A stretch of 64,000 nucleotides of DNA from Deltaproteobacteria bacterium (GTDB lineage Bacteria; Myxococcota; Kuafuiibacteriia; Kuafuiibacteriales; Kuafuiibacteriaceae). The notes under the pieces are model-generated. The model worked only from the letters and a program-made list of their open reading frames with translations. It was not told the DNA's origin and made no database searches. The position numbers were made by a program, and so were the translations under genes. This document shows, piece by piece, positions 40,878 to 54,200 of the stretch (positions are counted from its first letter, which is position 1; each line of letters opens with the position of its first letter). Location of the stretch: NCBI GenBank assembly GCA_040218735.1, contig JAVJQW010000070.1, positions 64,001-128,000 on the forward strand. The letters run 5' to 3'.

Positions 40878-42524
40878 TCATCCGAGTCGACGCAGCACCA
40901 CGCCCACGAACCGCGGATCGATCGTCGCCCCCACCAGCGGCCACAGCGCGTCCGCGAGGCGCACGAGCCCGCCCTCGACCGCGTCCCGCATGACGGCGCG
41001 CACGTCGTCCTCCAGCGGCGCCAGCGCCTCCTGCGCCCGGGCGACGTCGGCCTCGGCGAAGCGCGGGCCGCCTTCGACGCCCAGTTTGTCCGCGAGGTCC
41101 GCGAGGGCCTCCGCGTCCAGGGGCGTCAGGGCGAAGCCGTCGCCGCGGACGGCGCGCGCCGCGGCGGTGGCGATCAGCACGTCGATCGTGCGCTCCGCGG
41201 GGGGCGGCTCGATGGCACCTTCGAGCGCGACGTCGAACAGCTCGAGCGCCGACGCACCGGCGAGGAGCCCCTCCAGCCGGGCGACGCGCCCTTCGACCCA
41301 GGCGACATCGTCCGGGCCGTCGAACCCCCGCTCGATGCCGAGGTGCGACAGCCGCGGGCGCTTGCGGCCGAGCGCTTCGAAGAGCGCGCGGTCGTCGTCT
41401 TCGAGGCGTTCGACGCCGAACTTCGTGCTCAGCGCGCGGGCGCGCTCTTTGAGCCGCAGCGTGATGGTGTACCCCACGCGCGCGAGGTCGGCGATCGGGA
41501 CCCGCTCGAGGCGATCCGCCCCGACCTCGATCCGCCGCGCGGGCTCGACCTGGTGCGCCAGCGCGATCTCCAAGTAGCCGCGCAACCGCAAGAGCGACGC
41601 GGTCAGGGCTTCGAGCTCTCCGGGCTCCGCGCCGTCGGCGACGAGCGTCCGGTTCGCGACGGCCACGAGGTCGCCCTCGATGCGCTGGATCTGTTTGGCG
41701 TCGCGTACCGCGGACAGCGCGGCGGAGAACAGTCCGTCGTCGAGCGCCGCCGTGTACCGCGCGGGGAGTGTGGTGGTCGGGAGCGGCTCGGGTGCGGGGG
41801 CCGGCCGTTCGAGGACGTCGGGATCGAGCGGGCCGTAGATCTCGATCGCGCGGTGCAGCGGTGGGAACCCGAAGTCCTCCAGCCGCGCGTTGCGGAATCG
41901 GAGCGCGTCCTCCTCCATCGACGACGACAGATCCGTCAGCGCGAGGCGCAGCGTCGCCGCGACCTCCTCCCAGTCCTCCTGTTTGTAGAGGTCGTCGACG
42001 ATCTGCAGGACGCCCTTTCGGTCCTCCTCGTCCACGGTGACCTCGTCGACCTCGTCGTCGATCCGCGCGGCCACGACGAAGCGACCGTCGGGGGTCTTCA
42101 CCAGCGGGAGGATCTCGTCGGGTGGATCCCGTAGCCAGTCAGGGATCGGATCGGGATCGGTGTCGTTCTCGCGCGGCGTCATCGCGATCCACAGGCGACG
42201 GCGCAAGAGCAGCGCGAGCACCTCGCGGTCCATCGCGCGCCCGGCGTTGGCGAGCGCTTCGAGGCCGCCCTCCCGGAACGCGTACAGCCACAGCAGCAGA
42301 TCCTGCGGATCGAAGCGCTGGTGGTGCCACGCCTCGACGTCGACGAGCGCGCCGATCTGCTCGGGCGCCAGCAGCGCGAGGATCGGCGCGGCGTCCTCGA
42401 GCCCGACCTCCTTCACGGCGTAGTACGTCTCGAGCGGATCGAGCGCGCGGATCTTGTTGGGTGCGTCCTTGTCGTCGAGGAGATCGAAGACCCGACGGCG
42501 CGAGACCGCCCGGCGCACCGACAT
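40878..42524 (-). CDS. Conserved hypothetical protein (DUF6178-like)
   Basis: YYAVKEVGLEDA, VDVEAW, RFRNARLEDFGFP, VANRTLVAD, RVGY resemble the deltaproteobacterial DUF6178 family (from memory); ATG 42524 chosen as start. Confidence 0.7.
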   Translation of the reverse strand: MSVRRAVSRRRVFDLLDDKDAPNKIRALDPLETYYAVKEVGLEDAAPILALLAPEQIGALVDVEAWHHQRFDPQDLLLWLYAFREGGLEALANAGRAMDREVLALLLRRRLWIAMTPRENDTDPDPIPDWLRDPPDEILPLVKTPDGRFVVAARIDDEVDEVTVDEEDRKGVLQIVDDLYKQEDWEEVAATLRLALTDLSSSMEEDALRFRNARLEDFGFPPLHRAIEIYGPLDPDVLERPAPAPEPLPTTTLPARYTAALDDGLFSAALSAVRDAKQIQRIEGDLVAVANRTLVADGAEPGELEALTASLLRLRGYLEIALAHQVEPARRIEVGADRLERVPIADLARVGYTITLRLKERARALSTKFGVERLEDDDRALFEALGRKRPRLSHLGIERGFDGPDDVAWVEGRVARLEGLLAGASALELFDVALEGAIEPPPAERTIDVLIATAAARAVRGDGFALTPLDAEALADLADKLGVEGGPRFAEADVARAQEALAPLEDDVRAVMRDAVEGGLVRLADALWPLVGATIDPRFVGVVLRRLG

Positions 42525-42676
42525 CGACCAGGGCACGAGGGCTACCACGTTGCTGTCCGAGCTCATGGCGAAAGCCGATCCGAAGCATGAAGCGTAGGTA
42601 TTGGAAACCAAAACCTTCTTTCGCTTGACTCGGACCTCGGACGACGCCAATCGGGACCACGAAAGACCCCCAGACG

Positions 42677-43309
42677 ATGAAACCCTCCTCCATCTTCATG
42701 AAGGTGATCATGGCGATCACGGGCCTGCTCTGGCTCGGTTTCGTCATCTCGCACCTCTCCGCCAACCTCGTGATGTACGCCGGTCCGACGACGTTCAATG
42801 CGTACCCGGAGATGCTCCGTAAGTTCGGGGTCCTCCTCTGGGTCGCGGAGGCCGGGCTGGTCGTCCTGCTCGCGTCCCACGTCTTCTCGGCGATTCGCCT
42901 GACGAGCCTCAACAAGGGCGCCCGTCCGCGCGAGTACGAGGCCAAGGCCACGCAGGGGAAGGCGACGTTCGCTTCGCGCTCGATGATCGTCGGGGGCCTC
43001 ATCCTCCTGATCTTCCTCGTGACGCACATCTGGATGTTCAAGTTCGGGGACTGGTCCGGCGAGCACGGCCTGTGGGGCCTCGTGATGCGGACGTTCGAGA
43101 ACCCGCTGATGGTCGCGTGGTACGTCCTCGCGATGCTCGCGCTGGGGCTGCACCTGTCGCACGGGTTCGGCAGCGCGTTTCAGACGCTCGGCATCTTCAA
43201 GCCCGCGTGGCGGAAGCTGTTGTGGCGGGTCGGGGCCGGCGTCGGCTGGCTGATCGCGGTGGGCTTCGCGACGATTCCGATCTGGGCCTTCATGAGCAAA
43301 GGGAGCTGA
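42677..43309 (+). CDS. sdhC: Succinate dehydrogenase/fumarate reductase cytochrome b subunit
   Basis: KVIMAITG; five TM helices with His in heme-ligand positions (SHL, SHV, THI, HLSHG); first gene of the sdh cluster. Confidence 0.93.
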   Translation: MKPSSIFMKVIMAITGLLWLGFVISHLSANLVMYAGPTTFNAYPEMLRKFGVLLWVAEAGLVVLLASHVFSAIRLTSLNKGARPREYEAKATQGKATFASRSMIVGGLILLIFLVTHIWMFKFGDWSGEHGLWGLVMRTFENPLMVAWYVLAMLALGLHLSHGFGSAFQTLGIFKPAWRKLLWRVGAGVGWLIAVGFATIPIWAFMSKGS

Positions 43310-43317
43310 CGAAAGCG

Positions 43318-45233
<1,916 letters not shown>

Positions 45234-45234
<1 letters not shown>

Positions 45235-45980
45235 TGGACTACACGCTCAAGATCTGGCGACAGGACGGCCCGAACGATCCGGGCCACTTCGACACCTACG
45301 AGGCGAAGGGCATCGGCCCGGACTGCTCGTTCCTGGAGATGCTCGACATCGTCGTCAACCAGGTCGAGGCCTCCGGCAAGGAGCCCTTCGCGTTCGACTC
45401 GGACTGCCGCGAAGGCATCTGCGGGACGTGCGGCATCGTGATCAACGGGCGCCCGCACGGGCCCGGCTCGGGCGTGGCGACCTGCCAGCTGTACATGCGG
45501 CAGTTCCCCGACGGTTCGACGCTGGTCCTCGAGCCGTGGCGCGCGCAGGCGTTCCCGGTGCTGAAGGATCTGATCGTCGACCGCTCGTCGTTCGACCGCA
45601 TCATCGAGGCCGGCGGCTACATCTCGATCAACACGGGCAACGCGCCCGACGCCCACGCGATGCCGGTGGCGAAGGAAGACGCCGATCTCGCGATGGACGC
45701 GGCGGCGTGCATCGGCTGCGGCGCGTGTGTGGCTTCGTGCAAGAACGCTTCGGCGATGCTGTTCGTCTCCGCGAAGGTCGCGCACCTCGGCCTGCTCCCG
45801 CAGGGGCAGCCGGAGCGCACCATCCGCGTGAAGCGCATGGTCGAGACGATGGACAAGGAGGGCTTCGGCGGCTGCACGAACGAAGGTGAGTGCGAGGCGG
45901 CGTGCCCGAAGAACATCTCCGTCGACAACATCGCGCGCCTGAACCAGGACTACTGGAAGGCCAAGCTCTTCGGCCGCTAG
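45234..45980 (+). CDS. sdhB: Succinate dehydrogenase/fumarate reductase iron-sulfur subunit
   Basis: [32 protein letters not shown]; ATG overlaps the sdhA TAA. Confidence 0.97.
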
Positions 45981-45993
45981 CAGCCCTCGGCAC

Positions 45994-46015
45994 GCGGGCG
46001 CTTGCAAGCGCCCGC
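45994..46015. terminator. Perfect 22-bp palindrome after sdhB (terminator-like hairpin or operator)
   Basis: GCGGGCGCTTG|CAAGCGCCCGC; no U-tract. Confidence 0.5.
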
Positions 46016-46045
46016 AAGTGACCCCGTCTGCGCCTCGAGGCTACG

Positions 46046-46573
46046 GTGGCCTCGATGAAGACGACGCCCCTTCCCGACCGGCCGCGTTTCTCCCGTCAGA
46101 GCCACCTCGACGACGCCAACAAGCTCCGCCCGGGGCTGCGCGCCGCGCTGGCCAGCCATCACGGCGTCCTCGCGACGATGGCGCCGGCTCCGGGGCTCGC
46201 TCCCGTGTTCGAGAGCGGGCGCAACGCCCTCTTCGACCTGAGGCGGGCCTTCTCGCAGCTCGGCGACGACGCGCCGCCCGACGCGAACGCCCACCTGCAG
46301 AAGCTCGAGCAGGAGCTCATCGGCCTCGACATGGGCACGCAGAACGGCCGGATGAACCTCCTCGACTTCCAGGTTCAGCGGATCACACGTCGCCTCGGAG
46401 CGCCGCACGTCGGCGCGAAGAAGGACCCCGTCGCCGGTGCGATGGACGCGATCTCGAAGGTGCAGGAGCAAGTGGGCCTCGTCGAGGACCCCGCCGTCCG
46501 CCACACCCTCGACAAGAAGCTCGACTTCATCCGGACCTCGGTGCGGGCACGATTCGGCCTGGTCGGAGGCTGA
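46046..46573 (+). CDS. Hypothetical helical protein
   Basis: Coding-like codon usage and fills the gap; start at 46046 or 46055. Confidence 0.7.
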   Translation: MASMKTTPLPDRPRFSRQSHLDDANKLRPGLRAALASHHGVLATMAPAPGLAPVFESGRNALFDLRRAFSQLGDDAPPDANAHLQKLEQELIGLDMGTQNGRMNLLDFQVQRITRRLGAPHVGAKKDPVAGAMDAISKVQEQVGLVEDPAVRHTLDKKLDFIRTSVRARFGLVGG

Positions 46574-46577
46574 CGAG

Positions 46578-46659
46578 CTAGGCTGAGGCCCGGCGCTAAG
46601 CGGCGGGTCCGAAGACTGTGCCAAGGTCCCTCGCGAAGCGAGGAACCGTTATGGCCTAG
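46578..46659 (-). repeat. Dispersed 82-bp two-hairpin element bounded by CTAG (copy 2, inverted)
   Basis: Reverse complement matches 36466-36548. Confidence 0.9.
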
Positions 46660-48119
46660 TCGGCCGTCCCGACGATCGTCGCCGCCACGGCCGTGAACGA
46701 GAACCCGGCCGAGTAGCCGTCCGCCAGCTCCGAGGCCATGACGCAGCTTCCGGGATCGCCGGCGACGACCGGCGGGATCGTGTCCCCGAGGCACCCGACC
46801 GCGTCGCACGCGGGGCCGTCCAACACACCATCGCAGCACGTGTCGATGCGGCCGTCCCCGCTGCGGTCGAGGAGGCACTCGAGCCCGTCGAAGTCGAGAT
46901 CACCGTCGGGCTGGCGGCCGAGCGCGACGAAGCGATCGAGCGTCGGCGTTTGATCCGACGGGAAGGTGGCGAGGTCCCGCACCGGGACGTAGCCGCCGAG
47001 GAGCCCGGCGTCGAGCGTCGCGAGGTCGTCCGGGAACCGCGCCGACAGGAACACACGCTCCATGCGGAGCGTCGCGTCGATGTCGGTGCGCTGGACGTGG
47101 AGGACGACGGGGGCTTGGGACCGGAACTGGCCGCGCTGGATCAAACCCGGAAGCCGGGCGCGCGCCTGTGGCGGAATCCCGGAGATGCTCGTGGGCGCGA
47201 TGTTGAACGCGCAGCAGCTCGCCTCGCCGGGGGGCACCATGAAGTCGTTGGACGGATCATCGTCGGCGTCGAGCGCCTGATAGAGCTTCACGACGGGGTA
47301 CGCGTCCCCCCGGTAGAACTGGGGGAGCCCCGCGGCCTCGACGAGGAGCAGCGAGGCCTCCGACACCGGGAGGAACGGCTCGGGCGCGTCGGCGAACAGG
47401 CCGAGCACGTTGTCCACGCAACTGGCCTGGCCGCACTGCCCGTCGAGGTCGAAGCCCGTGCCTTCACGTGCGAGCTCGAGCCGGTCCACGATGAAGGCAA
47501 GGCCCGAACCGACGGGCGCTTGCCAGGCCCCGAGGATTCGATCGTCGACGCAGCACTGTGCAGGGTCCGCTAGGCAGATCCCGCCGGTGCTCTCGTAGCC
47601 CGTCGCCGTGCAGACCCCCTGCTCGTCGCAGAGCGTGCAGGGCGCGCCGCACGTGAAGTCGGCGCACGTGAGGCGCTGCCTGCGGTTCACGGCGAACGTG
47701 CTCGGGAGGACGTCGAAGGTGGCCGTCACCGAGGTCCCGCTAGCGCGGGAGTCGGCGAGCACCGAGAGCGTCGCGGCGTCGACGTCGTCGAAGCGTACGA
47801 ACCTCAGGTCGGTCGTGTCGTTACCGACGGGGCGATACGAGAGACGCCCCGGCTCGACCGGCTGTTGCGCGGGCTCCACCGTCACCTCGTACACGAGGGA
47901 GGCGAGCCTCTGAGCCGTCATCAGGTCGCGGCGCGTTGTGATGTAGAGCGTCGAACCGCTTCGGAGCGCGCCCGCGGAGAACTCGACGACGAAACGACCG
48001 TCGGCGCTCGTCGCGGCGACGGTGCGGTCGCCGATCTCGGTCGCGGTCTGCTCGAGGAGCTCCGTCTGTTTTCTCTCGCAGGCCACCAGGACCAGCGCGA
48101 TCGTCAGCCATCGTTTCAT
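46656..48119 (-). CDS. Hypothetical lipoprotein, last gene of the ECF cluster
   Basis: MKRWLTIALVLVAC lipobox; GFDLDG and DLDFDG acidic loops; ATGA coupling with the FecR-like gene. Confidence 0.8.
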   Translation of the reverse strand: MKRWLTIALVLVACERKQTELLEQTATEIGDRTVAATSADGRFVVEFSAGALRSGSTLYITTRRDLMTAQRLASLVYEVTVEPAQQPVEPGRLSYRPVGNDTTDLRFVRFDDVDAATLSVLADSRASGTSVTATFDVLPSTFAVNRRQRLTCADFTCGAPCTLCDEQGVCTATGYESTGGICLADPAQCCVDDRILGAWQAPVGSGLAFIVDRLELAREGTGFDLDGQCGQASCVDNVLGLFADAPEPFLPVSEASLLLVEAAGLPQFYRGDAYPVVKLYQALDADDDPSNDFMVPPGEASCCAFNIAPTSISGIPPQARARLPGLIQRGQFRSQAPVVLHVQRTDIDATLRMERVFLSARFPDDLATLDAGLLGGYVPVRDLATFPSDQTPTLDRFVALGRQPDGDLDFDGLECLLDRSGDGRIDTCCDGVLDGPACDAVGCLGDTIPPVVAGDPGSCVMASELADGYSAGFSFTAVAATIVGTAD

Positions 48120-49678
48120 CGTTCCAACCTCCCCTGGAGCGCCTCCGCCCGCCGCGCGAGCCCGTCCGGCCAGGAAGACCGGTCGACCGCCAGGAGGCGC
48201 CGCGCGAGCTCGGCGTCGCCCTCGACGACGACCTCCGCGACGTCGAGTCGCGTGCGAATCAGCTCGAGCGACAGGCCGTCGTTGGGCGCCGCGAGGAGGA
48301 TCGCCGCCGCCCGACCCGGGGCGCCGTCTGCGAGCGCGAGGCGCGCGCCGAGCGCAGCGCGCTCGAGCGCGAGCGGCCCGTGCGGATACCGTGCGTTCGC
48401 CGTTTCGAGCGCAGCGCGCGCGGTGTCGAGGCGCCCGACGTTCCGCGACACCAGCGCGAGCTGCAGCAGCGCCTCTTCACCGTAGGCCGACGCCGCGGGG
48501 TGATCCGCGAGCGCGCGATAGAGCTCGGCCGCCTCGGCGTCGTCCCCGGCGCGGCGTCGCGCGTCCGCCAAGACCGCGAGCGCCTCGGCTTCCAGCGCCG
48601 GCGCGGGCGCCTCGTCGAGCACGGAGGACGCGAGCTCCGCGGCCCGCGAGGCGTCCGACGCCACCACCTTCCGCGCGATCCGCAGCCGCTCCTTGGGCGA
48701 GACGACCTGCGCCCGCAGCGCCGAGTCACTCGGCGCGGTCGCGCCCGGGCCGCGTTCTGCCGAGGGGGCCGAGGCCTCCTGATCCGCCACCTGAAGCGCA
48801 GCGGGCGCGTGTGACCCGGCCGCCCGATTCACGTCGGTCGAACCCTCGGCGCGGGCCGCACCGCCCGGGCTCTCACCCTCGCCTCGTTCGGCCGCGGAGG
48901 CGGCGTCACCGCGTTCGACGACACGCGCGCGCGGCGCGGCCCTCCGCTCGCGGGACTTCGATACGGCGGGGCCTCCGCTCGAAGCCGGGGCTTTCGTGGA
49001 CTCGGCCTCCTTCGTGTCACGCGCCGCCGGAACCTCCGCGTCGACCGCTCGCGCGATCGCCTCGCCGCGGTTCGCCTGCGCAACGCGCTCGTCGGCCCGC
49101 GCGATCGACGCGGCGCTCGCGATTCGGATCTGCTCCCCCGCGAGCAGCCGCCGGGCGGTCCCGGAACGCGGCGCCACCTCGACGGTCCCCTCCTCCACCT
49201 CGACGACCGTGCCGTCGTCGTCGGCGCGGACGGCGAACCGGGTCCCCACCACCGTCACGATGGCGTGGCGCGTCTGCACGACGAACGACTCGCCGATCGC
49301 GCGCGGCGCGACGTCGAAGTCGAGGTGGCCGTCGACGACCTGCACGACGGTTCGCCCGTCCTTCACCACCGGTGTCCGCACCGTCGACGCGCCCAGCGTG
49401 CGGACCGTCGCGCCGTGTGTCGACACCGCCTCGCCCGCAGCGACCGTCCGCCACTCGACCTCGGGCGTCGGTGTGCGCTGCACGAAGAACACGACGGCGA
49501 GCGCCGCGGCGAAGACCACGGCTTCCGGCCAACCGAAGCGCATCCGCCAGGGCCGCCGGTGACGATCGACGCCGCGCCACACCCGCTCCTTCGCACCGGG
49601 CGCCGGCTTCGGGACGTGATTCGTGAGGATCGCGTTCGCACGATCCAGTCGTTCGTTCTGGGTTCGAGCCTCGCTCAT
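48116..49678 (-). CDS. FecR-domain anti-sigma factor with C-terminal TPR
   Basis: TM segment; FVVQTRHAIVTVVGTRFAV...VEVEEGTVEV (FecR-like); low-complexity linker; TPR-like helices ending RYPHGPL; ATG 49678 overlaps the sigma TGA. Confidence 0.85.
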   Translation of the reverse strand: MSEARTQNERLDRANAILTNHVPKPAPGAKERVWRGVDRHRRPWRMRFGWPEAVVFAAALAVVFFVQRTPTPEVEWRTVAAGEAVSTHGATVRTLGASTVRTPVVKDGRTVVQVVDGHLDFDVAPRAIGESFVVQTRHAIVTVVGTRFAVRADDDGTVVEVEEGTVEVAPRSGTARRLLAGEQIRIASAASIARADERVAQANRGEAIARAVDAEVPAARDTKEAESTKAPASSGGPAVSKSRERRAAPRARVVERGDAASAAERGEGESPGGAARAEGSTDVNRAAGSHAPAALQVADQEASAPSAERGPGATAPSDSALRAQVVSPKERLRIARKVVASDASRAAELASSVLDEAPAPALEAEALAVLADARRRAGDDAEAAELYRALADHPAASAYGEEALLQLALVSRNVGRLDTARAALETANARYPHGPLALERAALGARLALADGAPGRAAAILLAAPNDGLSLELIRTRLDVAEVVVEGDAELARRLLAVDRSSWPDGLARRAEALQGRLER

Positions 49679-50304
49679 CGCAGGCCCTCCTGTTTCGCGA
49701 GCCATCGGTTCAGCTCGCGGCGCGCGTGGTGAAGGCGCGTCCACACGGTGGAGATCGGGATGCCGAGCTGCTCGGCGATCGCCTCACCGCTGTGCCCCTC
49801 GACCTCGAAGAGCACGTACACCACGCGCTTCTTCGGCTTGATCTTCATGAGCGCTCGCCAGACTCGGGCGAGCGCCTGACGCTCGGCCGCGGACTTCTCC
49901 GGCGACTGCAGCTCCAGCGTCTCGAGCTCCGCCTCCACGGCGCGCTCCAGGCGACGCTGACGCCCCCAGGACCGCAGCTGCGTGAGCACGACCCGGGAGG
50001 CGATCCCGTACAGCCAGGTCGACACCTTCGCGTCGCCCCGGAAACGCGGGAGCGACCGGTGGGCCTGGAGGAAGACGAGCTGGACGACGTCCTCGATGTC
50101 CGCGTCCGAGGCCCCCGGCCCGAGGAGCCGTGCGACGATCCGGAAGACGTCGTCGAAGTGCCGCCGAAACAGCACCTCCGTCGTCAGATCGCTCGCTGTC
50201 GTCCCCCGCTCCTGCACCGCCGGGGGCACGGCTGCCCGCATGCCCACCTCCATCGCGTCCATCAGTCGCCGGACGCGGCGTCCACCTTCAATCGAATGCA
50301 GCAT
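49675..50304 (-). CDS. ECF RNA polymerase sigma factor
   Basis: DIEDVVQLVF, FRGDAKVSTWLYGIA, EAIAEQLGIPISTVWTRLHHAR; true start probably between 50241 and 50262. Confidence 0.93.
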   Translation of the reverse strand: MLHSIEGGRRVRRLMDAMEVGMRAAVPPAVQERGTTASDLTTEVLFRRHFDDVFRIVARLLGPGASDADIEDVVQLVFLQAHRSLPRFRGDAKVSTWLYGIASRVVLTQLRSWGRQRRLERAVEAELETLELQSPEKSAAERQALARVWRALMKIKPKKRVVYVLFEVEGHSGEAIAEQLGIPISTVWTRLHHARRELNRWLAKQEGLR

Positions 50305-51196
50305 CCCACGCGACCCCGGCCGACAGCCAGGGCGCGACGCGGCCCGTCGTCACGGATTCGGTGCCGCCGATCGGCGCGGGGGCGAGCACCTCCCGGTCGA
50401 TGGGGGCCCAGCGCGCCGTGAGCCGCACGACCCACGAGAGGCGCTCCGAGAGGCGATAGCTGAGCTCGGCGCCCCCCAGGAGGATCAGCTGCGCGTCGTT
50501 GATGCGCGTCGGGGTACCCGGGCTCGCGCTGTCCGGGAACACGGGCGCGGCCGACACGAAGTACCCGGACACCCCCGTCCCGATCGTCAGCGCACCGCCC
50601 CACGCGCCGGCCGTGAACACCTGAGCCCGCCCCTCCAACGCGGCGTGCAGCTCCAGCGCGTCGGCCTCGACGTCCCCCGTGCTCCGGGAGCAGCACAGGC
50701 GCCCCGCGACGGCACCGGTCAGCTGCACGCCGAGCCACCCCTCCCCGTAGCCCACGCTGATCAGGAGCCCGAGCTGCGGGGCGACGGACGGTCGCGACCA
50801 CCACGCGGCAAACGCTTGGGGCACGACGCGGAGCTCACGCGTCGACGCGGGGGGTGGAGGCGGGCGCGGCGCACGCGGCGGGCCGAGCCGTACCGTGCGA
50901 GCGATGAGGAGCACGGCGACGCGGAGCGAGGCCGGCAGCACGTCGACCGCGAGCGTCCGCGCCAACACGAGCTGCTCCGACGCGCGCACGGACAGCAGCA
51001 ACGCGTCCTCCACCCGCTCGACGCGGGCGACGTGGGTCGCAGCGGTCGCCGTGTCGGTGAGCGCGCCGGCGCCGAGCTCGTTGGCGAGCATCGTCGCGAC
51101 GGTGGCGCTCACCGTCGTCGGCTCGACGTACACCTGAGGTGCGGTCGGCGCGGCGGGCGCGGCCAGCACGAGGTGAGCGACGACGAACGCGAGCAC
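50288..51196 (-). CDS. Hypothetical exported protein, possible small outer-membrane beta-barrel
   Basis: Signal-like N-terminus, Pro-rich linker, alternating amphipathic strands, aromatic residues near the C-terminus (LSAGVAW). Confidence 0.65.
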   Translation of the reverse strand: MLAFVVAHLVLAAPAAPTAPQVYVEPTTVSATVATMLANELGAGALTDTATAATHVARVERVEDALLLSVRASEQLVLARTLAVDVLPASLRVAVLLIARTVRLGPPRAPRPPPPPASTRELRVVPQAFAAWWSRPSVAPQLGLLISVGYGEGWLGVQLTGAVAGRLCCSRSTGDVEADALELHAALEGRAQVFTAGAWGGALTIGTGVSGYFVSAAPVFPDSASPGTPTRINDAQLILLGGAELSYRLSERLSWVVRLTARWAPIDREVLAPAPIGGTESVTTGRVAPWLSAGVAWDAAFD

Positions 51197-51248
51197 GGCG
51201 CGGCCTTCTTAGCCAAACGCGGACTGGATTCGAAGGGGGGGTAGGAGC

Positions 51249-51276
51249 GGCCGCGCGTCGACAGCGACGCGCGGCC
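51249..51276 (-). terminator. Perfect 12-bp stem hairpin downstream of the Ig/propeller lipoprotein gene
   Basis: GGCCGCGCGTCG-ACAG-CGACGCGCGGCC. Confidence 0.55.
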
Positions 51277-51293
51277 CTCGAAACGGGCAGGTT

Positions 51294-54200
51294 CTACCGA
51301 CGCTGGAACTGGTACGGCAGCGCGTACTCGCCCTGCGCCCAGGCCCACCACACGTCGAGCGACGTGTTGCTGTTCGGCACCGAGAGCCGCTGCTCCGTGT
51401 ACGGCGGAGCGCCGCTCACGTCGGAGATCCACAGCTCGTTCGCACCGGACGTCGCGAGCGCGCCGTTGAAGACCAACGACTGGCTGTCCGGCGTCCAGAA
51501 GAAGTCCCAACCGCCGTCCCAGCCGGTGCCTTGCGTACCGACGAGGTCGGCGCTCGACGACGCTGGCGTCGAGTGCGCGCGCGCCCAGTTCGTCGGCACC
51601 GGGCCGGAGATGTCCGCGACGAACAGGCTGTACGCCGAGTTCTCGTAGACCGTCACGGCGATCTTGTTGCCGTCCGGCGAGATGCGGAAGTTGTAGACGT
51701 CCTGCGACGACTGCGTGAACGGCGGGTGCACCTTGACGCGCTGGAACGGCGGGCCGTTGCCGACCGTGACCTGATACAGCTCGTAGTACGCCGCCGTGTC
51801 GAAGTCGCCGATGTAGAACACCTTCTGCATGTCCGGCGAGAACGCCGCCGCGAAGTACGGCGAGGTGTACATCTCGAGGGACGTGCTGTTCGTCGGCGCG
51901 ATCGTGTGCGCGGCCGCCGGCAGCGTCCCGCTCACGTCGGCCATGTACAGCTCGTCCGCGTTGTCCGTCGGGCCCAAGTCACCCATCGCGAGGATGTGCG
52001 TCGAGTCCGGCGACCACCACGCCTTGGTGATGTAGCGGTTCGACGTGGGCGCGATGTCCATCGCCTTCACCGCCGGCCCCGGCACCGTGCCGGAGATGTC
52101 GGAGATGAACACGTGGCGCGCGTTGTCGAGCTCACCTTCGCAGAGCATCATCACCTTCGTGCCGTCCGGAGAGATCGACAGCGTGTAGGACAGATCGTTG
52201 ATCGTGTAGACGTAGCAGTCCGCGTTCAGCGGCAACTCGGGGTTGAGCTGAATCGGCGTGCTCGGCGTCGGCCCCGACAGGTCGACCCAGTACACGTTGT
52301 CCTCGGACGTCGTGCCCGAGAAGTCACCGCTGTACACGACGCCACGCGAGTCCGGCGTCCAGTGCACCTGGTAGTTGGTGTCAGCCGAAGCGTACGCGAC
52401 ATCGTGGATGCTCACGGGCGGCGTCGGCGGGCCCGCCGGCAGCGCCGACAGGTCGACGTACCAGAAGCGCTGATCGCTGGAGACCGGGTCGGCCTCGTAG
52501 ACGATCTTCGTGCCGTCCGGCGAGAACCACCAGTCGTACTGCGTGACCTCGGTCGACGAGGAGTTGAACACCTGGCTGACGCGCACCGCCTGCGAGGGGT
52601 TCGACGGATCGCTGACGTCGACGACGAACAGCTCCTCGGCCGCGCTGACCGTCGCGTCCGCGGTGAACGCCAGCTTGCTGCCGTCCGGGCTGTACTTCAG
52701 ATAGAGCGCGCTGAGCGAGCCCGACAGGCCAATGCCGCCGCTGACCACGACCGGCGCGCTCGGCGTGCCGCTCCGCAGGTCGACGAGGTAGACGTCGTAC
52801 GTGTTGTCGGTCGTCAGGTCGCCGATGTACGCGAGCGTCTCGCCGTTGGGGGAGAAGCCGGCGTAGAAGTGGCCACTCGACGTGCTGCCGAGGACGTCGC
52901 CACCCGACGGCGCGTTGGCCGGGGTGATGTTCATCGGCGTGGTGCTCGGCGTGCCGCAGACCTCGTTGAGGTAGATCTCCTGCACCGCGCTCGCCTCGAC
53001 GTCACCCATGTGCATCACGAAGCGGAACCCACCCGGGACGTCCGCGACGTCCAGCGTGTAGGCCTGCGTGTCGGTCAGCCCGAAGGTGTCCGTGAGCGTG
53101 ACGGTGAAGTTGTACGTGCCGACGGTGGTGTCCGTCGTTCCGCGCAGCGTCGTCCCCGGGGTGCCCGTGGGGTCCAGCGAGAAGCCCGGCGGCAAGTTAC
53201 CTTGCACCGACCAGCTGTAGTTCGCGTTCGAGCCGCCCGTGCCCGTGATCCGGCGCGCGTACGCACCGCAGATCGGCGCCGCGGGGAGCGCGCTCGTGGT
53301 GATCGTCGGGAGCGTGTTCGGCGGGTCGACCGTGATCTGCACCTGCACCGAGTCCGTGTCGTTGTTCAGGTCGTAGACGGTCACCGTCGCGGTGAACGTC
53401 CCGAGCGCCTGCGGCAACCCGGAGAACACCGAGCCGGGCGTGCCAGGGACCTGGAGGCGAACGCCAGGCGGGAGGCCCTGCGCGACCCAGTTGTAGTTGC
53501 CGAACCCGTCCTGCGCTTCGATCGTCGCGCTGTACTGCTCGCCGCCGACGGCGTTGGGCAGCACGATGACGCCGTTCGTGTCGCCGATGATCTGGATCGG
53601 GATGACCTCCTCCTGAATCGACAACGTGAGCTGCTGGTCGTCCTGGTTGCCGCGCGAGTCGGTCACGACGACCGTGAAGTCGAAGGTCCCGAACTGGGTC
53701 GGCGTCCCGGAGATCGTCGTCTCCGTCGAGCCCATCGGGCTGGCCGCACCGATCGTGAGGCCGGCCGGGAGCTGACCTTCGTCGATCGACCACATGTACC
53801 CTTCGCCGCTGCCGTTGATCGCGCGGATGGTCGCCTCGTACGGCGTGTTCTCTTCGCCCGGGTCGATCTCCGTGGTCACGATGCGGACCGGCGGCGGCTC
53901 GGGCGCGATCTCCATGAAGATCGTCTTGCGCGCGTTCTCGCCGTCCTCGTCCCGAACCTCGATCTGGAACGTGAAGTTGCCGGACATGTTCGGCGTGCCT
54001 TCGATCGTCGTCGTCGTGCCGGAGCCCGCGTTGTCGAGCGTCAGCCCGGGGGGCAGCTCGCCGCCCTGGACGCGCCAGCTGTACTCACCCTTGCCACCCT
54101 CGGCCTCGAGCGTCGCCGAGTACGCGAGGTTCTCTTCGCCGTCCGGAATGTCCTGCGTGACGAAGTTGAGCGGCACGACGTTGTTCTGGACGTTCATCGT

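Noticed and set aside
43072-43317. N-terminal extensions of the SdhA and SdhB ORFs in the track
   Set aside because: They overlap the upstream genes; homology begins at ATG 43318 and ATG 45234
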